Shown piece after piece: positions 25,665 to 39,100 of a DNA stretch of 64,000 bases. Source of the DNA: Camelus ferus (taxonomy: Eukaryota); assembly GCF_009834535.1 (NCBI RefSeq), contig NC_045696.1, positions 75,642,001 to 75,706,000 on the forward strand, read 5' to 3'. The notes under the pieces are model-generated. The model was not told the DNA's origin. It did no database searches and worked only from the letters and a program-made list of their open reading frames with translations. Position 1 is the stretch's first letter, and each line of letters begins with the position of its first letter. A program made the translations under genes and the position numbers.

Positions 25665-26880
25665 CTCCAGTGAGGCTTTCTTCCTCCGCTCTATCAAATC
25701 TGCTCTCAATAATGACATTTATTACCTCCATGTTGCCAAAGACAAAGGTCGTTTCTTCGTTTTCAAAAACAGCTTTTAACAGATTGATTTCTCCATTCTC
25801 CTTAATATACTTTCTTCACAAGGCTCTGAGGACACCACACATTCCTGGTTCTCCTCTTACCTCACTGGGTATCTCTTCTCTCAGTCTCTTGGGCTGACCC
25901 CTCCTTGTCTTCTTGACCACAGACGGCCCACGGCTCAGTGCTCAGCCCTCTTCTGTGTCTGCCCTCACCTCAGGTGTACGCACGCCATTCAAAAGCAAAA
26001 TAGCACAAATTTCTGTTTCCAACCCAAGCCTCTCCTGAACTCCCAGCCTAGATATTCACCAGCCAGCTGAACACATCCATTTGGATGTATAGCAGGCAGC
26101 TCAAGCTCATCAAGCCCAGCCCTGACTCTCATTTTTATCCCAAACTTGCAGACTTCCACCTAATCAATAGAGACTCCTCCCTCTAGGTGCTCAGGCCCTG
26201 ACATCATCTTCTTGTGGTCTCTTATCCTGCATCCACCAGGAGATCATGTTGGTTCCACTTTCAAATAGAACCAGAATCCAAGCATGTCCCCTGCTATCAC
26301 CCTGGCCCGAGAAGTCATCACCTCTCACTCCCTTACAGGTCCTATAAAACTTAAGACGGTTCATGCTAATGTGTCTGCTCAAAACTCTGCAAGTTCTCCA
26401 TATGCATCAGAGGAAAAGCACAGCCCCTACTTACAAAGGCCAGTGCAGCGCTCTGTCGTCTCCCCTCTCCTCCACTTCTCAGTTTCTCCGCTGCCCTCTT
26501 TTCCTGCTTCCCACCTTGCTCACGGGTCATCCTGCTCCAGCCGCTCTAGCCTCCTAGTTATCTTCCCACACACGGGGTCCGTCCCGTCCTGAGGCCTTTG
26601 CTCTCGCCCTTCCCTCTGCCTGGCACACAATTCTGCCAGTTGTCCTCTCGGCTCCTTCCTCACTTCTTTCACCTTCTAGTTAAATCTTCCTTTTTACTCC
26701 TGATTATCCTTATCCTGTCCTACAATGATGGGTTTTCTTCCATAGCACTACTACCTCTAACATACTATGTAACGTACTTGTGTATTAACTTTATGATTTA
26801 TTGCCTAAGATCCACAAGAACCGGGATTTTTGATTATCTTTTCCATTCATTAATGTAGTGCGCGTACCTAGAACAGGTGA
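25665..26880 (+). mobile_element. L2 (L2a-like), end of ORF2 and 3' end
   Basis: CCTCCATGTTGCCAAA, GGACACCACACATTCCTGGTTCTCCTCTTACCTCACTGG, CATCCATTTGGATGT, TGAGGCCTTTGCTCTCGCCCTTCCCTCTGCCTGG. Confidence 0.88.
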
Positions 26881-27239
26881 GCTATATGAACTATATGACT
26901 ATTCATTTATAAAATAATTCATGTAAAGTACTTTGCCTGGCACTAAGTAAGTACTCAATGAAAGCTATTTATTATGACTTAGCTTTTACAAATGGGATGT
27001 TCTTTGGATCTATCCCCCTGAGAATTCTGTGGGAATTAGTTTATAGAAAAAGCAATATATTCCAAGGAAATGAATTTTAAAGTGCACATTAGTACATTAC
27101 TGTTACTGTTTTTTTATAAGAAGATTGGCTGCTAGGAGCACTGCAAAACAGCAGAAACCTACCAAAGCCCTCCTCCTACATTCCCACCCCGCCCTCCTCC
27201 TCTTTGCAAGAGCATGTCCATTTCAGCTCATTTTGCTGG

Positions 27240-27709
27240 TGTCGACTGAAGTAAATGCACAGCTTAAAAGTTGAGACTTATGTTTTATTTAGTGGGAGGA
27301 CTTGAGCAGGGATGACAGCCTCTCAGATCGCTCTAGGGGACTGCTCCGAAGAGGTAGGGGGGAGCTAGGATATATAGGAGCTTTAAAACAAAAACCAGAT
27401 AGTTGGAACATTACTTGTTAACTAAAGAAAACCAGGCATCTCAAGTTAAAGAATTTAGTGCTCTTCTTTGTATGGGAGGAAGCAAACATTTGGGCTCATT
27501 GAATTCATTCCTTTGACAAGCACTTAACTATCTAGGGCCAGTATCCTGTCCTTTCTCATTCTGAGTCCCCTCAGGGTGCACCATTGTGAGTGGCTGCAGA
27601 GGCTGGGCTGCAGGCCTGTCTTCACTGAGGGGTGGCGGCAGCTGCTGATGACTTGATGGCTTCAGCATTCTTTGTTTACTGATATGGGTCGCAGTACTTT
27701 TCGTTCACA
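27240..27709 (-). mobile_element. Young ERV1 solo LTR (probably MER41-related)
   Basis: 470 bp with TG...CA termini and a perfect 4-bp TSD CTGG (27236-27239 and 27710-27713). On the minus strand, TATATA near 27371-27376 precedes AATAAA near 27285-27290. Confidence 0.9.
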
Positions 27710-28744
27710 CTGGGAATTTGATGAGATTGTGTGATCTTCATACATTTATCACCAAAAGTACTTCTCATAAAATTGTGTGATAGAGTAATTCCTAAAGAAA
27801 GTATAAAATATCGATGAGGCTTAATTTGTCTCCTCTTCCAGACCCATTCACTTTTTAAATGGGGATTGAGTATGAACTATGCATATGGTACAAAGAGACT
27901 GGAGAGGAAAGGTGTCTTCCCTTCTATGCAGAATTTACTCTACTTAGGTAACCAAATCACCTTCTCTTAAGACCAGCCCTGAAAACTAATGTTTAAGAGA
28001 GTATTTAAGACAGATATTTGGGGGCATTGCTGGTTATAACTTCATCTGTATTCCACTCAATATTTCTCCTTTACACATAGATTCACGTTACTATGTCTGT
28101 TTGAGAGAATAATCTTGATGAAAGAAAATGGTCGGCAACCCATTCTAAGCAAGATGGAAGTAATGCTTGTTGGCAGTAGGGAGTTATCTAATGACATGGA
28201 AAATGGCCATGTCTTCTTAAAGATGTTTCATAGCTTCCTTGAATCCATCACCCTTTGGCAAGTGAACTCTTCTTTCTGTTAACTGCCTGTCACCCAGGAA
28301 GACTGAAACATCAATTGAAATTTAAATTTTAGAAACTGTTCATATTCAGAGGAGCACAAAAGCAGTTGCCACCTGTCTAGTAATGCAAAAAGAACTTAAC
28401 CCAAAGTTAATAGATGCAAATGCATCTTAGCTCATGTCCTGGCTGATTAAGGAGGATTTTTTTCTTGTGAATCTTATCACTATAGTAACTGCAGTATAGG
28501 GAGATAGTCCCATTTTCTCATTAGTGCAGAGATTTAAGAGCAAAACCAAAGTTCTATTATTTATGTAGCAAAAATGAACATGAGCAACACAGGAAAGCAT
28601 GTGCTTAATTAAGGGTAAGTTGTTTTCTAGTGATCACTAAAACTTCCTTTTACCTTTTTTCCAAGCTTCACATAATAAATTGTAGTGAAGCATCCATTAC
28701 ATACAATGCACAGAGCTGGGTGTGTGTTTTATACAAAGATACTT

Positions 28745-29050
28745 ATTTCAATTCAATAGACACTTGTGAGTACCTACCATGTTCCAGGAATCTCACCAGG
28801 TGCTGGTGATGCTGTGGTGAATGAAGTGGTCCCTTTACCCCCAGAAACTGATGACAGCGTAACAAGACATTGACATATAATCAAATAATTAAAATAAAAT
28901 TGATATCCCACCAATAGAAACATACCCAAGTTCTAACTATGGTACACGAAGAGGAGATATTAACTCAGATGTTAGAAATGGCTTCACAGAAGAGGACAAA
29001 TATTTTGAAGGATCTGCTAAGAGTTTACCAGGCAGGAATGGGAAGAAGAG
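28745..29050 (-). mobile_element. L2 3' end
   Basis: ATTCAATAGACACTTGTGAGTACCTACCATGTTCCAGG...GGTGCTGGTGATGCTGTGGTGAATGA. Confidence 0.75.
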
Positions 29051-29510
29051 AAATTTATTTAGTTTTGGGATGGTTGCCTTTTAGTCTTTAAAAAGATCAT
29101 GTGCCAAAAAAAGTACAAGGAAGGAAAGGCATAGATGTCTAAATCAAAAGTGATAATGATGCAATGTTTATAGAGGTGCAGAACAGTATTTATTGGTCAT
29201 CAATAATATGAAACAAACTGTACCAAGCACCATGACATATCCAAAGCTGAGGGAGACATAGACCCTTTCTCATTCTTGCACTTTAGTGCAAAAAATATGT
29301 AGAGAATTATTTTTAAAAGACAGAATAATATAGTGCTATGCTAGTCAGAAGTGTAAATTGCAGCAGGAGTAGGTTGTCTATTGTCACTTGGAAATTGATC
29401 AGGGATAACAGGGTTAGATGTGGCTGGTGCATTAGAAGTAGGATGTTAGTGTTTGCTCATGTCTAGGATCCTGATCCTTTGGAGCACCCCCATAGAGCCT
29501 TTCTGCCTGC

Positions 29511-29513
<3 letters not shown>

Positions 29514-29540
<27 letters not shown>
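29514..29540. repeat. (AC)n microsatellite
   Basis: About 13 AC units. Confidence 0.95.
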
Positions 29541-29541
<1 letters not shown>

Positions 29542-30154
29542 CCCTCATTATCTTCCTTGGCTCCCCTAAGCTCAATAATTCCTTCCCAGCTCCTACACTG
29601 CTCCCTTCTCTCCATCAACTAGGTGACATTCTGGACCTTCTTGCTCTCACATCTTAGTTTCCCTTCTTTTCCTATAGCATCTGGATTTGTTCCTTGATCT
29701 GTTTCATGAAAAAATCACAGAAATCTCCAAGATGACTGCTATGATCCATGTTCCGTGACTAACTCCATGAGACAGTGTACTCCAGAAGGGAACCTGGAAG
29801 CTACCCCATAGTCTGATAGTTATTGCTGGGTCACAGAGTAACATCATGTAGGAAAGGGACTGGTACTATTTTGTGCTCTCTTGCAAGGATTGGTATAGTC
29901 TTGTCCTTTCCTTCTCTTTTTCCTTTCTTTTAAATTAACGTTTACTAACAACTTCTTTTCTTTAAGTCTTGATTTCTTAGAAAATGTAATAAATTGTAAA
30001 CTCTGGAGCTGTGTCCAGGCATGCAGCTGAATGTGCTACATGCTCCACAGGCGATTCTAACGTCTGTGGAGTGTGTGACTCCTACCTTAACTGCTGTGGT
30101 GTACCACCAGTGACAATGTCTCTCCAGCCCCCAAGACTGGAATCTAAACCAAGG

Positions 30155-30350
30155 GTAGTGTGATCACACTGACTAATCTTAATCTTAGTTTCACATTTGA
30201 ATCAGTGAGAGTTCTGTTTTGTTTTGTTTTGTTTTTTTAAGTATCAGTGTCCCTGCTTTACTCCAAAGCTAGCTATTAAATCAGACTGCAGGATGGGTCC
30301 TGGATTTTATACCTTAAAGAACTCTAACATGCAGCCAGGGCTGAGAATCA
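30155..30350. mobile_element. MER5-like hAT fragment
   Basis: CACATTTGAATCA...CTCTAACATGCAGCCAGGGCTGAGAATCAC. Confidence 0.55.
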
Positions 30351-31624
30351 CACATCATCTGAACTTCATGTTTGTAGAACAGTCTGGGGATTAGCTAAGG
30401 AACTAATCTGAGCAGACTTTGCATGTGAACCACAGGCAGATATACGAAGTTTCTAGGGTCAGAATGAACGTTTTCATGAAGAAATGACCAAGAAATGCAC
30501 CCACGAACAAATGGTGTTAGATAATTGGACAGATGGATGGATGGAATTTCAATAAGAAGAGGTCAAGGTAGAGGGCATTCAAGTTGGAGGTCATGTGGAG
30601 GCAGGAAACCCCTTGTGGAAGGTAAGAGGTCAGAGCCTGCCACGTAGGACATCACAGGTTAAATTGTAAGGCTTTGCTGTTCAGAGTGGTCCTCTCATAT
30701 GTAGCATCAGTTTCTCTTTCTTATTAGAAATGTGGGATCTCTGACCCCATCTGATGCCTGTGTTTGTGCAGGAGATAACACTAAAAAATTGAAGCCAGAA
30801 TAAGCAAAACTTCGCATGCAGGCTAATGTATCCAGTGGGCACTAATACTGTTTGTTACGTACCAGGCAATGTCTAATTATTATATGCCCACCTGCTTGAT
30901 ATATGAGACTACACAGAACAATGGAAGGAACTTTAACTGAGAATACATAGGATTGTTTATAGACCTAATGTGCTCTTTCCTTAACTATGTGACACTGGGA
31001 AAAGTCATTTAACTTTTAGGTTTTTTGTTGTTGTTGTTGTTGTTGTTTTTACTGAAAAGGAAGGTATGATGGCTAATTTTTTAGCTCTAAAAGAGTAATT
31101 AAGCATAATCATCACAAATATATACTTATATGTAAACCAAATATATTGGAAATAGTCCTTAAATTCTTAAACTTTTCAGAGTTTATCATTGTCTAGTAAC
31201 TCTGCTTGCTAGCCCATTACAATTTAGGTTTTCCTCTTTCATCAGCCAGATTGTAATTTAAATTTGGTGCTCAAATAGGAATTAATTTAAATTCAATAAG
31301 ACATTTATTACATAGTGTGCTAGCCAAATGTCATCCAGTTATTTAAAGCATATTTAATGAGGTTTGTCATCCAAGTAATTATTGCACTGTATTGCTTAAA
31401 CTAGAAAATATGTACTTGCAAATCATCTTTTAACATGGAAATTATGGCAATTAGATGCATCTCCTTAGATTTACTTTAAAATAATTTCATCTGTCTAGTT
31501 ACTACTTGATCCCAACATACCTGTTTTAGACCATTAAGGCTAGTATTCATATAACTTTGCCACCAAAGTCTGGTAGTAATAACACTTCCTCCAAGGAGAG
31601 GAAACACAATATTGGACAGAGACT

Positions 31625-31815
31625 CCGGTTTTCAAAGCAGGTCAGAACAACATGGTTTCAAGCCTAAATCTGATGTCAAGTGAACTTAGATGAGAGTCTT
31701 AAATTTCTGCATTTTCTCATCTATAAAGTAAGGATGAATTGATAGCTAGGAACTAAATGAAGCATATAAAGTACAAAACATACATAGCAGACAAAAAAAA
31801 GGGATTATTATTATC
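31625..31815 (+). mobile_element. MIR fragment
   Basis: TTAAATTTCTGCATTTTCTCATCTATAAAGTAAGGATG...AACTAAATGAAGCATATAAAGTAC. Confidence 0.55.
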
Positions 31816-33599
31816 TTTGTCATAGTTATTATACAAAATCTAAGCTAAACAAAAATGTGGTTAAACCCCAAAAAATTAACTGATGTTTCAAATATATTTT
31901 TTGGCATGTGTGTGCACATGCATCATTCAATTTATTATTTAATAATTACTTATAGTAAAAGGTCAAGGAATATTTGTTGATTTATTTATTCAGTTTGACT
32001 TCTGATAAATCATTGTGCTCATGACCTCATTGTGATATTTATAAAGTGGTATTTCCCAATGCCAAGTAAATCTCTGCATTTTTTTTTCTGTTTTACATTT
32101 TGGATTTTCATGTAATAGTTTTTCAAAAAGTAAACCACAACCAAATACCTATATTCCTTTTTCCCCTTTAATGTACCAATGATCTATTTTTACTTCTAAT
32201 TTCAATTTCTAATTCATACTCACTGAAAATGCCTCAGTGCAACTGACTTGTCCCTTAGCACCTTTCCCAAATTACTTTCTCACTCTCAGTTTATGGATAA
32301 GAAACAGAATCCTTTTTTTTTTTTTTTTTTTTTTACCAAATTGCCCCCTTTCCTCTGAAATCCAGAATTAATTCCTTTCTGTAGGATAAGAATCACACAG
32401 CTCTATGAGACAGTGTTGAGGAGAAAAGGAGGAAGAGATCATTTGATTTTCAGAATCCAATCACTATAAAAATACGCAGATTAAACTGGTTGAAAAATGA
32501 AACATTTAATCAGTCCCCTGCTTGATAGGGAACATGATGTTAAATACCCTGTTCTGACTCATTCTGTTTCAGAGAGTAATCCAAAATTAACTCTTCATAG
32601 GCTTTATTCATTTCTGGTCAAATTAATTATTATTTATTCATCCTATTTGTTTATTCATATATCACAAACACATATATGTTATGCACACACACATACACAA
32701 CACAGATAGATAATTGCTGAAAAATACGAAATTGTATCTAGAATTCCTGTAACTAAGTCTCTAGAAAAAATAACACCTATAAATGATGCATCTCCAAGAA
32801 TTATACATATCAGACTTCAAATGCTATAATATCTACTAATTCTTAGGCATATGCAGGCATTTGACAATCTTCTGATTAAATCTTTCTCTTTCTCCTTTTT
32901 TGTTTGGATCTAAATCAAAATATTGACAGAAACAATTTCAGAAAGGAAAATGGGAAAGTACATAGGATAGTTGGAGTTGCATGCGTGTCTGTGCATTCGC
33001 ATGATTTATATTCTGTTTGACTTCCATAATGCAAAATAAATAAGAATTCCAGGCCCCTTTTTACTCTGAACTATGATTTTTGGCAAAGTAGAGGAAAAAA
33101 TTTTGCTATATAAAATGATGATGTTTTATTTGGTAACATTCTATGTTATCCTGTAAACATTCACCATATAATTGCACTGACCCCTACAATAATGCCTTAA
33201 GGACAAAAAGTAATTACTGAATCAGAGTAAGAACACTTGATATGAGCATCTGAATAAATACATAAACCACCTATAATACATATACATTCATCTATCCATT
33301 CTTTTCTCCCTTTCAACAAACATGTATCCAGAGTTTCTGGTGCGACAGGGATTGCTATATAGACCAGGTCTGTAATGAAAGGAGAAGTGGGGTCATGAGA
33401 TCAAAAGGTGATATGTTGAAAACATTAGATTCAAGAAAACCAAGGAAGACAGTGGGGTAACAGCTTGGCTGAGCTGAACCTATGAAGTTTCTAGGTTCCC
33501 ATTAGAGCCAGGCCACTCCCTATAAAAACAAGGAAAACAAAACCAAGCAAAAAACAGAAGACACAGAAGGAGACATGGCATTTTAGGGAAGGGGCGCAA

Positions 33600-33735
33600 C
33601 ATCTCCACTCTTAGTTTCCTCATCTGTTAAATTAGGGAATAGTCCCCAGTTCACAGATGGAAGAGGGATAAGACAGGATAGTGCACATGAAAGCGGTTTG
33701 TAAATAATTAGGCATTGCTCAATTATAGGCTGTCA
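33600..33735 (+). mobile_element. MIR fragment
   Basis: CTTAGTTTCCTCATCTGTTAAATTAGGGAATA...ATGAAAGCGGTTTGTAAAT. Confidence 0.7.
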
Positions 33736-34994
33736 TATCTGCCCCTGCTCCATCCTTAAAATTGGTATTTAAGGATGAGGGGGACTAAACCTGAGCAAGC
33801 TTAGGATATGTGGAAGGTGTTATCTTTTGCAGGACAAACTGAAGCCAGAAGTTGTGATTTGGCGAGAGTAAAATGGGAGTGTGGCTTTATGAGGAACGAC
33901 ATACAGATGACAGTGATTCCTATCACGGTGAAAAATAAGTGTTCCCCAAACAATGTAGAAGCAGAAAGCTGAGAATCTGTTTATCAAACCTGTTTTTTTT
34001 ATCAGTAGCCATTTCAGAGACCTATCAGTTTGTCAGCGCGTTCATTTCACCCACTGCATAAAATTCTCCCTTCAGACATAACAAAAGCATGAACAGAACC
34101 AGTATTCTGGCAGTATTAGTGGCCTTCGGTGTGATGAGCTGCGTGGGAAGCTACTTGTCAAGGCCCCATGATAATGAAAACGGTTCTCTTCACATTACAA
34201 AGATATTACTTATCTCCCATGGTTTGAAAGCCATACAATTCTTACACTTCTCATATTTACATTCTAGGCTTCCACATACTGGTTAAGTGCATGATATTTT
34301 GTTTCTGCTATTCTTGCCAGAATATATGAAAGGATGTGTGGGTTGCTGTTATGTTTTTGTTTTAGGAACCAGTCAAAACGTGGTTGCCTGTAACTTTAAA
34401 AGACTTTTAAAAACTTCAAACTTCGCTGTTATTGTTGACCGTTTTTCCTCAGCCTGGAGACGATGAAAATCCGTTCCAGGTGTTTACTGTGGCACTGACA
34501 AGGAGGCTTCCAGATAATAGGCTTCTGTGAAAGCTCGGTCTCACCGTGAACGGGGGTGGAAAGGGTATCTGCCAGTTTATTTGAAAGGAAGCAACCATAA
34601 GAAACAAAGTGTAGTGGATGGTTTTTTAAAGCAAGATCAAAGGAATGAACCCATAAGAGACTTCACACTGTCTTTTGGAGAATTCTGCTCTTTTTGAGGC
34701 GGGCTTTTTATTTCACACGGTCACCACCTCTATATAGGTAGAGAAGGGTATTATTTGAAATAATATAATTGAACTCAGTGCATCCCAGGTAATGTTTGTG
34801 TAAACTGTTACTGTTTCCTAGTGTCCCAAGCTATGAGAATTATTGGCAAAAACAAATACACAAGCAAGTAAATAAAAAGATGAAAAGTCATTAAAAATAA
34901 TGTCATATTTGTCTAATTTTTTATATGAAAATTGAATTAATTAATTGATGAATTACATATTAAATTTCCTGAATAGGACTATTTAAATTAGAGC

Positions 34995-36600
34995 AGTTAG
35001 TATTTTTTGAGGAATTGGTTTATTTTGTCTAAGTTGTCAAATTTATGTGTGTGGAGTTGTTCATAACCTTCCTTCCTCGTCCTTTTGACCTCTGCAGAAT
35101 CTGCAATGATACCCTGTTTCATTCCTAAAATTGTTAACTTGTGTATTGTCTCTTTCTTTGTCAGTCTTGGTAGAAGTTGGTCTATTTATTGTCCTTTTCA
35201 AAGAACCATTTATCTGTTTCACTGATTTTCTACTATTTTTCTGCTATAAATTTTATTGATTTCTATTCTTATTTTTGTTATTTCCTTTCTTTTTCTTGCT
35301 TTATTTTGTTCTTCTTTTTCTAGGTTCTTGAGGTGGAAGACTAGATGATTGATTTGAGACTTCTCTTTTTGTCTAACGTATGCATTCAGTGCTATAAATT
35401 TTCCTCTCAGTGCTACTTTAGCTGTGTTCTGCACACTGTGGTGAGTAGTACTTTCATTTTCTTCTGTTCAAAGTATTTTATTTCCCTTGAGACTTCCTCT
35501 TTGACCCAGGGATTACTGAGTGTGTGGTGTTTGTTTCCTGTTTTCTTTATGTCACTGATTTCTAGTTTGATTCTGTGATAGTTGGAGAGCACACCCCTTG
35601 AGATTTGTTTGATGATCCAGCATATGTTCTATCTTGATATATGTTCCATGGGACTTGAAAAGAATGCATATTTTGCTGTTATTGGGTAGAATGTTCTATA
35701 AGTGTCAATTAGATCCTGTTGTTTGTTGGTATTGTTGAGCTGTTCATATTCTTGCTGTTTATATGTCTATTTATTCTGTCAAGAATGAAGGGTGTTGAAG
35801 TCTCTAACTATAATTGTAAACTTTAGTCTTTCTCCTTTCCAGTTCCATCACTTTTTACTTCAGATTATTTTACAGCTCTATTTTTGGTGCATAGAGATTA
35901 AAGATTGTTGTGTTCTCAGTGGATTAACACTTTTATTATATATCCTGTCTCTCTCTGTATTTGATAATTTTCTTGCTCTGAGTCTCCTTTATCTGGTATT
36001 ATTATAGACCCTCCTACTTTCCTTTGATTAATGTTTGTGTGATATGTCTTTTTGCATTCTTTACTTTAAAACCTACCTATATTGTTATATTTGAAGTGAG
36101 TTTCTTAGAGACAACATATAAGTGAGCCATGTCACTCTAATCTCCATCAATCTGTCTTTTAATTGCTATATTTAGATGACTTACATTGGTAAATGTTAGT
36201 ATTTTAGGGCTTATGCCTGCTTTTTTCCCCTGTTTTTCATCTCTCTTATCCATTTTGAGCTAATTTTTGAATGTGGTGTGAGGTATAAATTGAGGTTAAT
36301 TTTTTACATTGCTACACAAATATGTCACATATAGTCAGATGACTATTCTTTCTCTACTGATTTGACTTTTTACTCTTGTTAAAAATAAATTGTCCAGAAA
36401 TGTGTAAGCATACTTTTGAACTCTCAATTCTGTTCCATTCATCTTTTTCTATCTTTTGCCAGTACCATGCTATTTTATTACCATGACCTTATAATAAGTC
36501 TTGAAATCAGTTGTTAGCCATTCAATGTTGTTCTTGTGTTTCAACATTGTTTTGGCTATTCTTTGTCCTTTATATTACCATATGAATTTTAGAATCAGAT
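34995..36600 (-). mobile_element. Old L1 ORF2 fragments (endonuclease and adjacent region, plus a piece from further 3')
   Basis: The minus ORF TAKVALRGKFIALNAYVRQKEKSQINHLVFHLKNLEKEEQ...RKEITKIRIEINKI matches L1 ORF2p just after the endonuclease domain. 36240-36600 resembles a later ORF2 segment. Confidence 0.9.
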
Positions 36601-36629
36601 GTTTTATAACTTTAGTTCCAGCTTATTTT

Positions 36630-36667
36630 CACACACACACACACACACACACAAACAGAGAGAGAGA
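36630..36667. repeat. (CA)n(GA)n microsatellite
   Basis: Directly visible in the sequence. Confidence 0.9.
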
Positions 36668-36977
36668 TTTATATATACCAACAATATAAAATTGTCTCTC
36701 TGTTTACTTCTGTAACTTGCAGCATAGTCTTCCCTTTGGCTTTATTTTCCTTATTATAGATGTAAGATCTTTAGTAGTTCATTCAATAAGAGTCTATTTT
36801 TAATAAAAATTTCTAGTCTTTGTCAAAAAATATTTTTATTCATTCTCAAAATATAATTTTTCTTGGCATAGAATTTGATGTTGATGGCTAATTTTAAGTA
36901 GCATTTTGATAATATTTTCCACTCTCTTCTGGAAACTTTCATTATAGACATAAAGTCTGTACTTAATCAGTACTTCC

Positions 36978-38362
36978 TATATCATCAGGGTCCAGAACCC
37001 ACACAGTAATTTGAATAGACAAAGTTTAATATAAAGAATCATTAATTTTGACAGGGGATTGGAATATCAAGGAATGAGATAATGAGAAGAAAAGCAAAGT
37101 ATAAAAAGTCTAGAAATAGCAAATGTAAGAAGTGGTTTCTACAAATGTAAGAAGTGGTTTCTAATGCCAGGGCTGACATTCAGAACTTTGCTGAAATGTA
37201 CACAACTGCTGAATGCCAGAGAGGTTTTCATGGTGCCACACTGGTGGAACTTTCTGGAAATCCACCTTCTAGGATGCTGAAGAAAGCTGTTCATAGGGAA
37301 TTATGTCATCAGTTGCAATCTGCAATGAAACCATCAATGTGGCAGTGTGGTCTGGCCTTTGCCCTTGGTTCTTGGTATATATTCTTTAAGACTTTGAAAT
37401 GCCCTGTCTGACAAGAGTATCTTTGTTACCATATTGGATGGTAACAAAGTGTGAAGCCAAGTGTGATGGCCATGTGTTATCAGTTCAACCTCCATGCCCA
37501 AGGTCAGCCACACAGATGATCAACTATGTCTGTGTGACCCAGTAAAATCTCTGGGCACCAAAGCTTGGGTGAACTTCCCTGATTGGCAATACTCATAGCA
37601 TATTGTTGCACATCATTGCTGAAAGAAGTTAACACTGACCATGACTTTACTGGGAGAAGACCCTGGAAGATCTGTGTTTGGAACTCTCCTGGAATCTGCC
37701 CCATGCATCTCTTCCCTTGGTAGATTTTAATCAGTATCCTTTTGTTTAATAGGCCATAACTGTGAGTATAATAGCTTTGAGTGAGTTCTGTGAGTACTTC
37801 TGGTGAATTATCAAATCTAAAAGTGGTCTTAGAGCTCCCCAAACTTGCAATTGGTATAAGAAGTGAGGGTGATCTTGGGGATCTTAAACTTTGCAGGGCT
37901 AACAGAAGTGAGAATAGTCATGTGAATTGTTCTCTAACTTGGCATGACCCAAGAGGCTTGCCAAGGGAAGCTGTTGGCTGTTGGGTGTAGCTGACAACGG
38001 GATACTGCAGAAGCTCGGTGCTGGTGAAGCTATCTGTAATGTAGAAGTACAACACTGAAGAAGCTACCTGCACTGCACTGCAGACGCTGGGATCTGGGGA
38101 AGCTGCAGCTGTTACAGGAGCCACTTTCTGGGGAAGCCCTCTGTATTGCAGGACCTGGGCTGTACTGCAGGAACCTGACAAGACATTGAACTGGGAAGCA
38201 AAACTTCTATTTCATCCCATGTCTCTCCAGTGCTTTTTACCAACAAAGCTCAGCATCATGTCAACTGGCCAAGAAAAATATTAAAAGGGTCCACCTCTGT
38301 TTCTAAATAGCAGGTAATGAAGAGTGAATTTGGAGATAGAGACCATAAATATATATGTAACA
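36978..38362 (-). mobile_element. ERVL LTR (LTR41-like) interrupted by a MER21-like LTR
   Basis: The minus strand starts ...TTTATGGTCTCTATCTCCAAATTCACTCTTCATTACCTGCT...GGACCCTTTTAATATTTTTCTTGGCCAGTTGACATGATGCTGAGCTTTG, resembling the LTR41 5' end. Confidence 0.6.
37338..37944 (+). mobile_element. MER21C-like LTR
   Basis: GGCACCAAAGCTTGGGTGAACTTCCCTGATTGGCAATACTC...CCATAACTGTGAGTATAATAGCTTTGAGTGAGTTCTGTGAGTACTTCTGGTGAATTATCAAA. Confidence 0.8.
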
Positions 38363-38364
38363 AA

Positions 38365-39100
38365 ATTTTAATTTCTCTTTAGATTACATGTCTTTTTTCT
38401 TTAAGATTTTTCCTAAAATTCTGCAGTTTACTATAATATTTCTAGGCCCCCTTTGTCCTTCCTCCCTCCCTTCTTTCCTTCCTACCTTCCTTCCTTTTTC
38501 TTTCCTTTCTTTATTGTTCAGTCTTGCTTGATGAGCCAGTTCAACTTGAGGATACATATTTTCATTTATCTCAAGAAAACAAATATATATTACCTTTTTA
38601 CTTCAATCCTTTCTATTCATATCTTCAAGGACTACCTCTAGATGGACTCAAGACTTCTCTTTCTATCTTCAATGTCTCCTAAATTTTTCTTTACTTTTTC
38701 TAGTATTTTATCTCTCTATGATGCATTTTGAAAGATTTTCTCAGTCTTTTGTTCCAAGTACAAATTTTCTGTTCATTCTACTATGTATAGTCTACTGAGT
38801 TCTAATTTTTAATGACTATTTTTCACTGGACTTCACATTAGTTCTTTTAAAAACCAATCATTTTTGTTAATGCATCTAATTGTGTCTTCTTGGATGTCTT
38901 CACTAATTAGCAATTTAAAATACATGTAATATCTCCGTTACATTGATGTAAAGTCTTCAGATTATTGCTGTGGGGTGTTTTTGCAGCATTTGTCCTCCTT
39001 AAATGCTCTATAATTTTTGTTGTAGAGCTTGAGCTTCAAAAATAATTTTCCCAATAGTGAACCTTCCTGTAGGATAATTACCTATAGGCTTCCATATTGA
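38365..39100 (-). mobile_element. Degraded L1-like 5'/ORF1 region
   Basis: T-rich plus strand with an L1 ORF1-antisense character, apparently continuing the segment at 36680-36975. Confidence 0.45.

Noticed and set aside
33742..33782. Hairpin CATCCTTAAA/TTTAAGGATG, plus short palindromes at 1543-1554 and 56199-56218
   Set aside because: Stems of 6-10 bp are expected a few times by chance in 64 kb.
35219..35434. Lys/Glu-rich ORF as a host gene
   Set aside because: It is an L1 ORF2p remnant.
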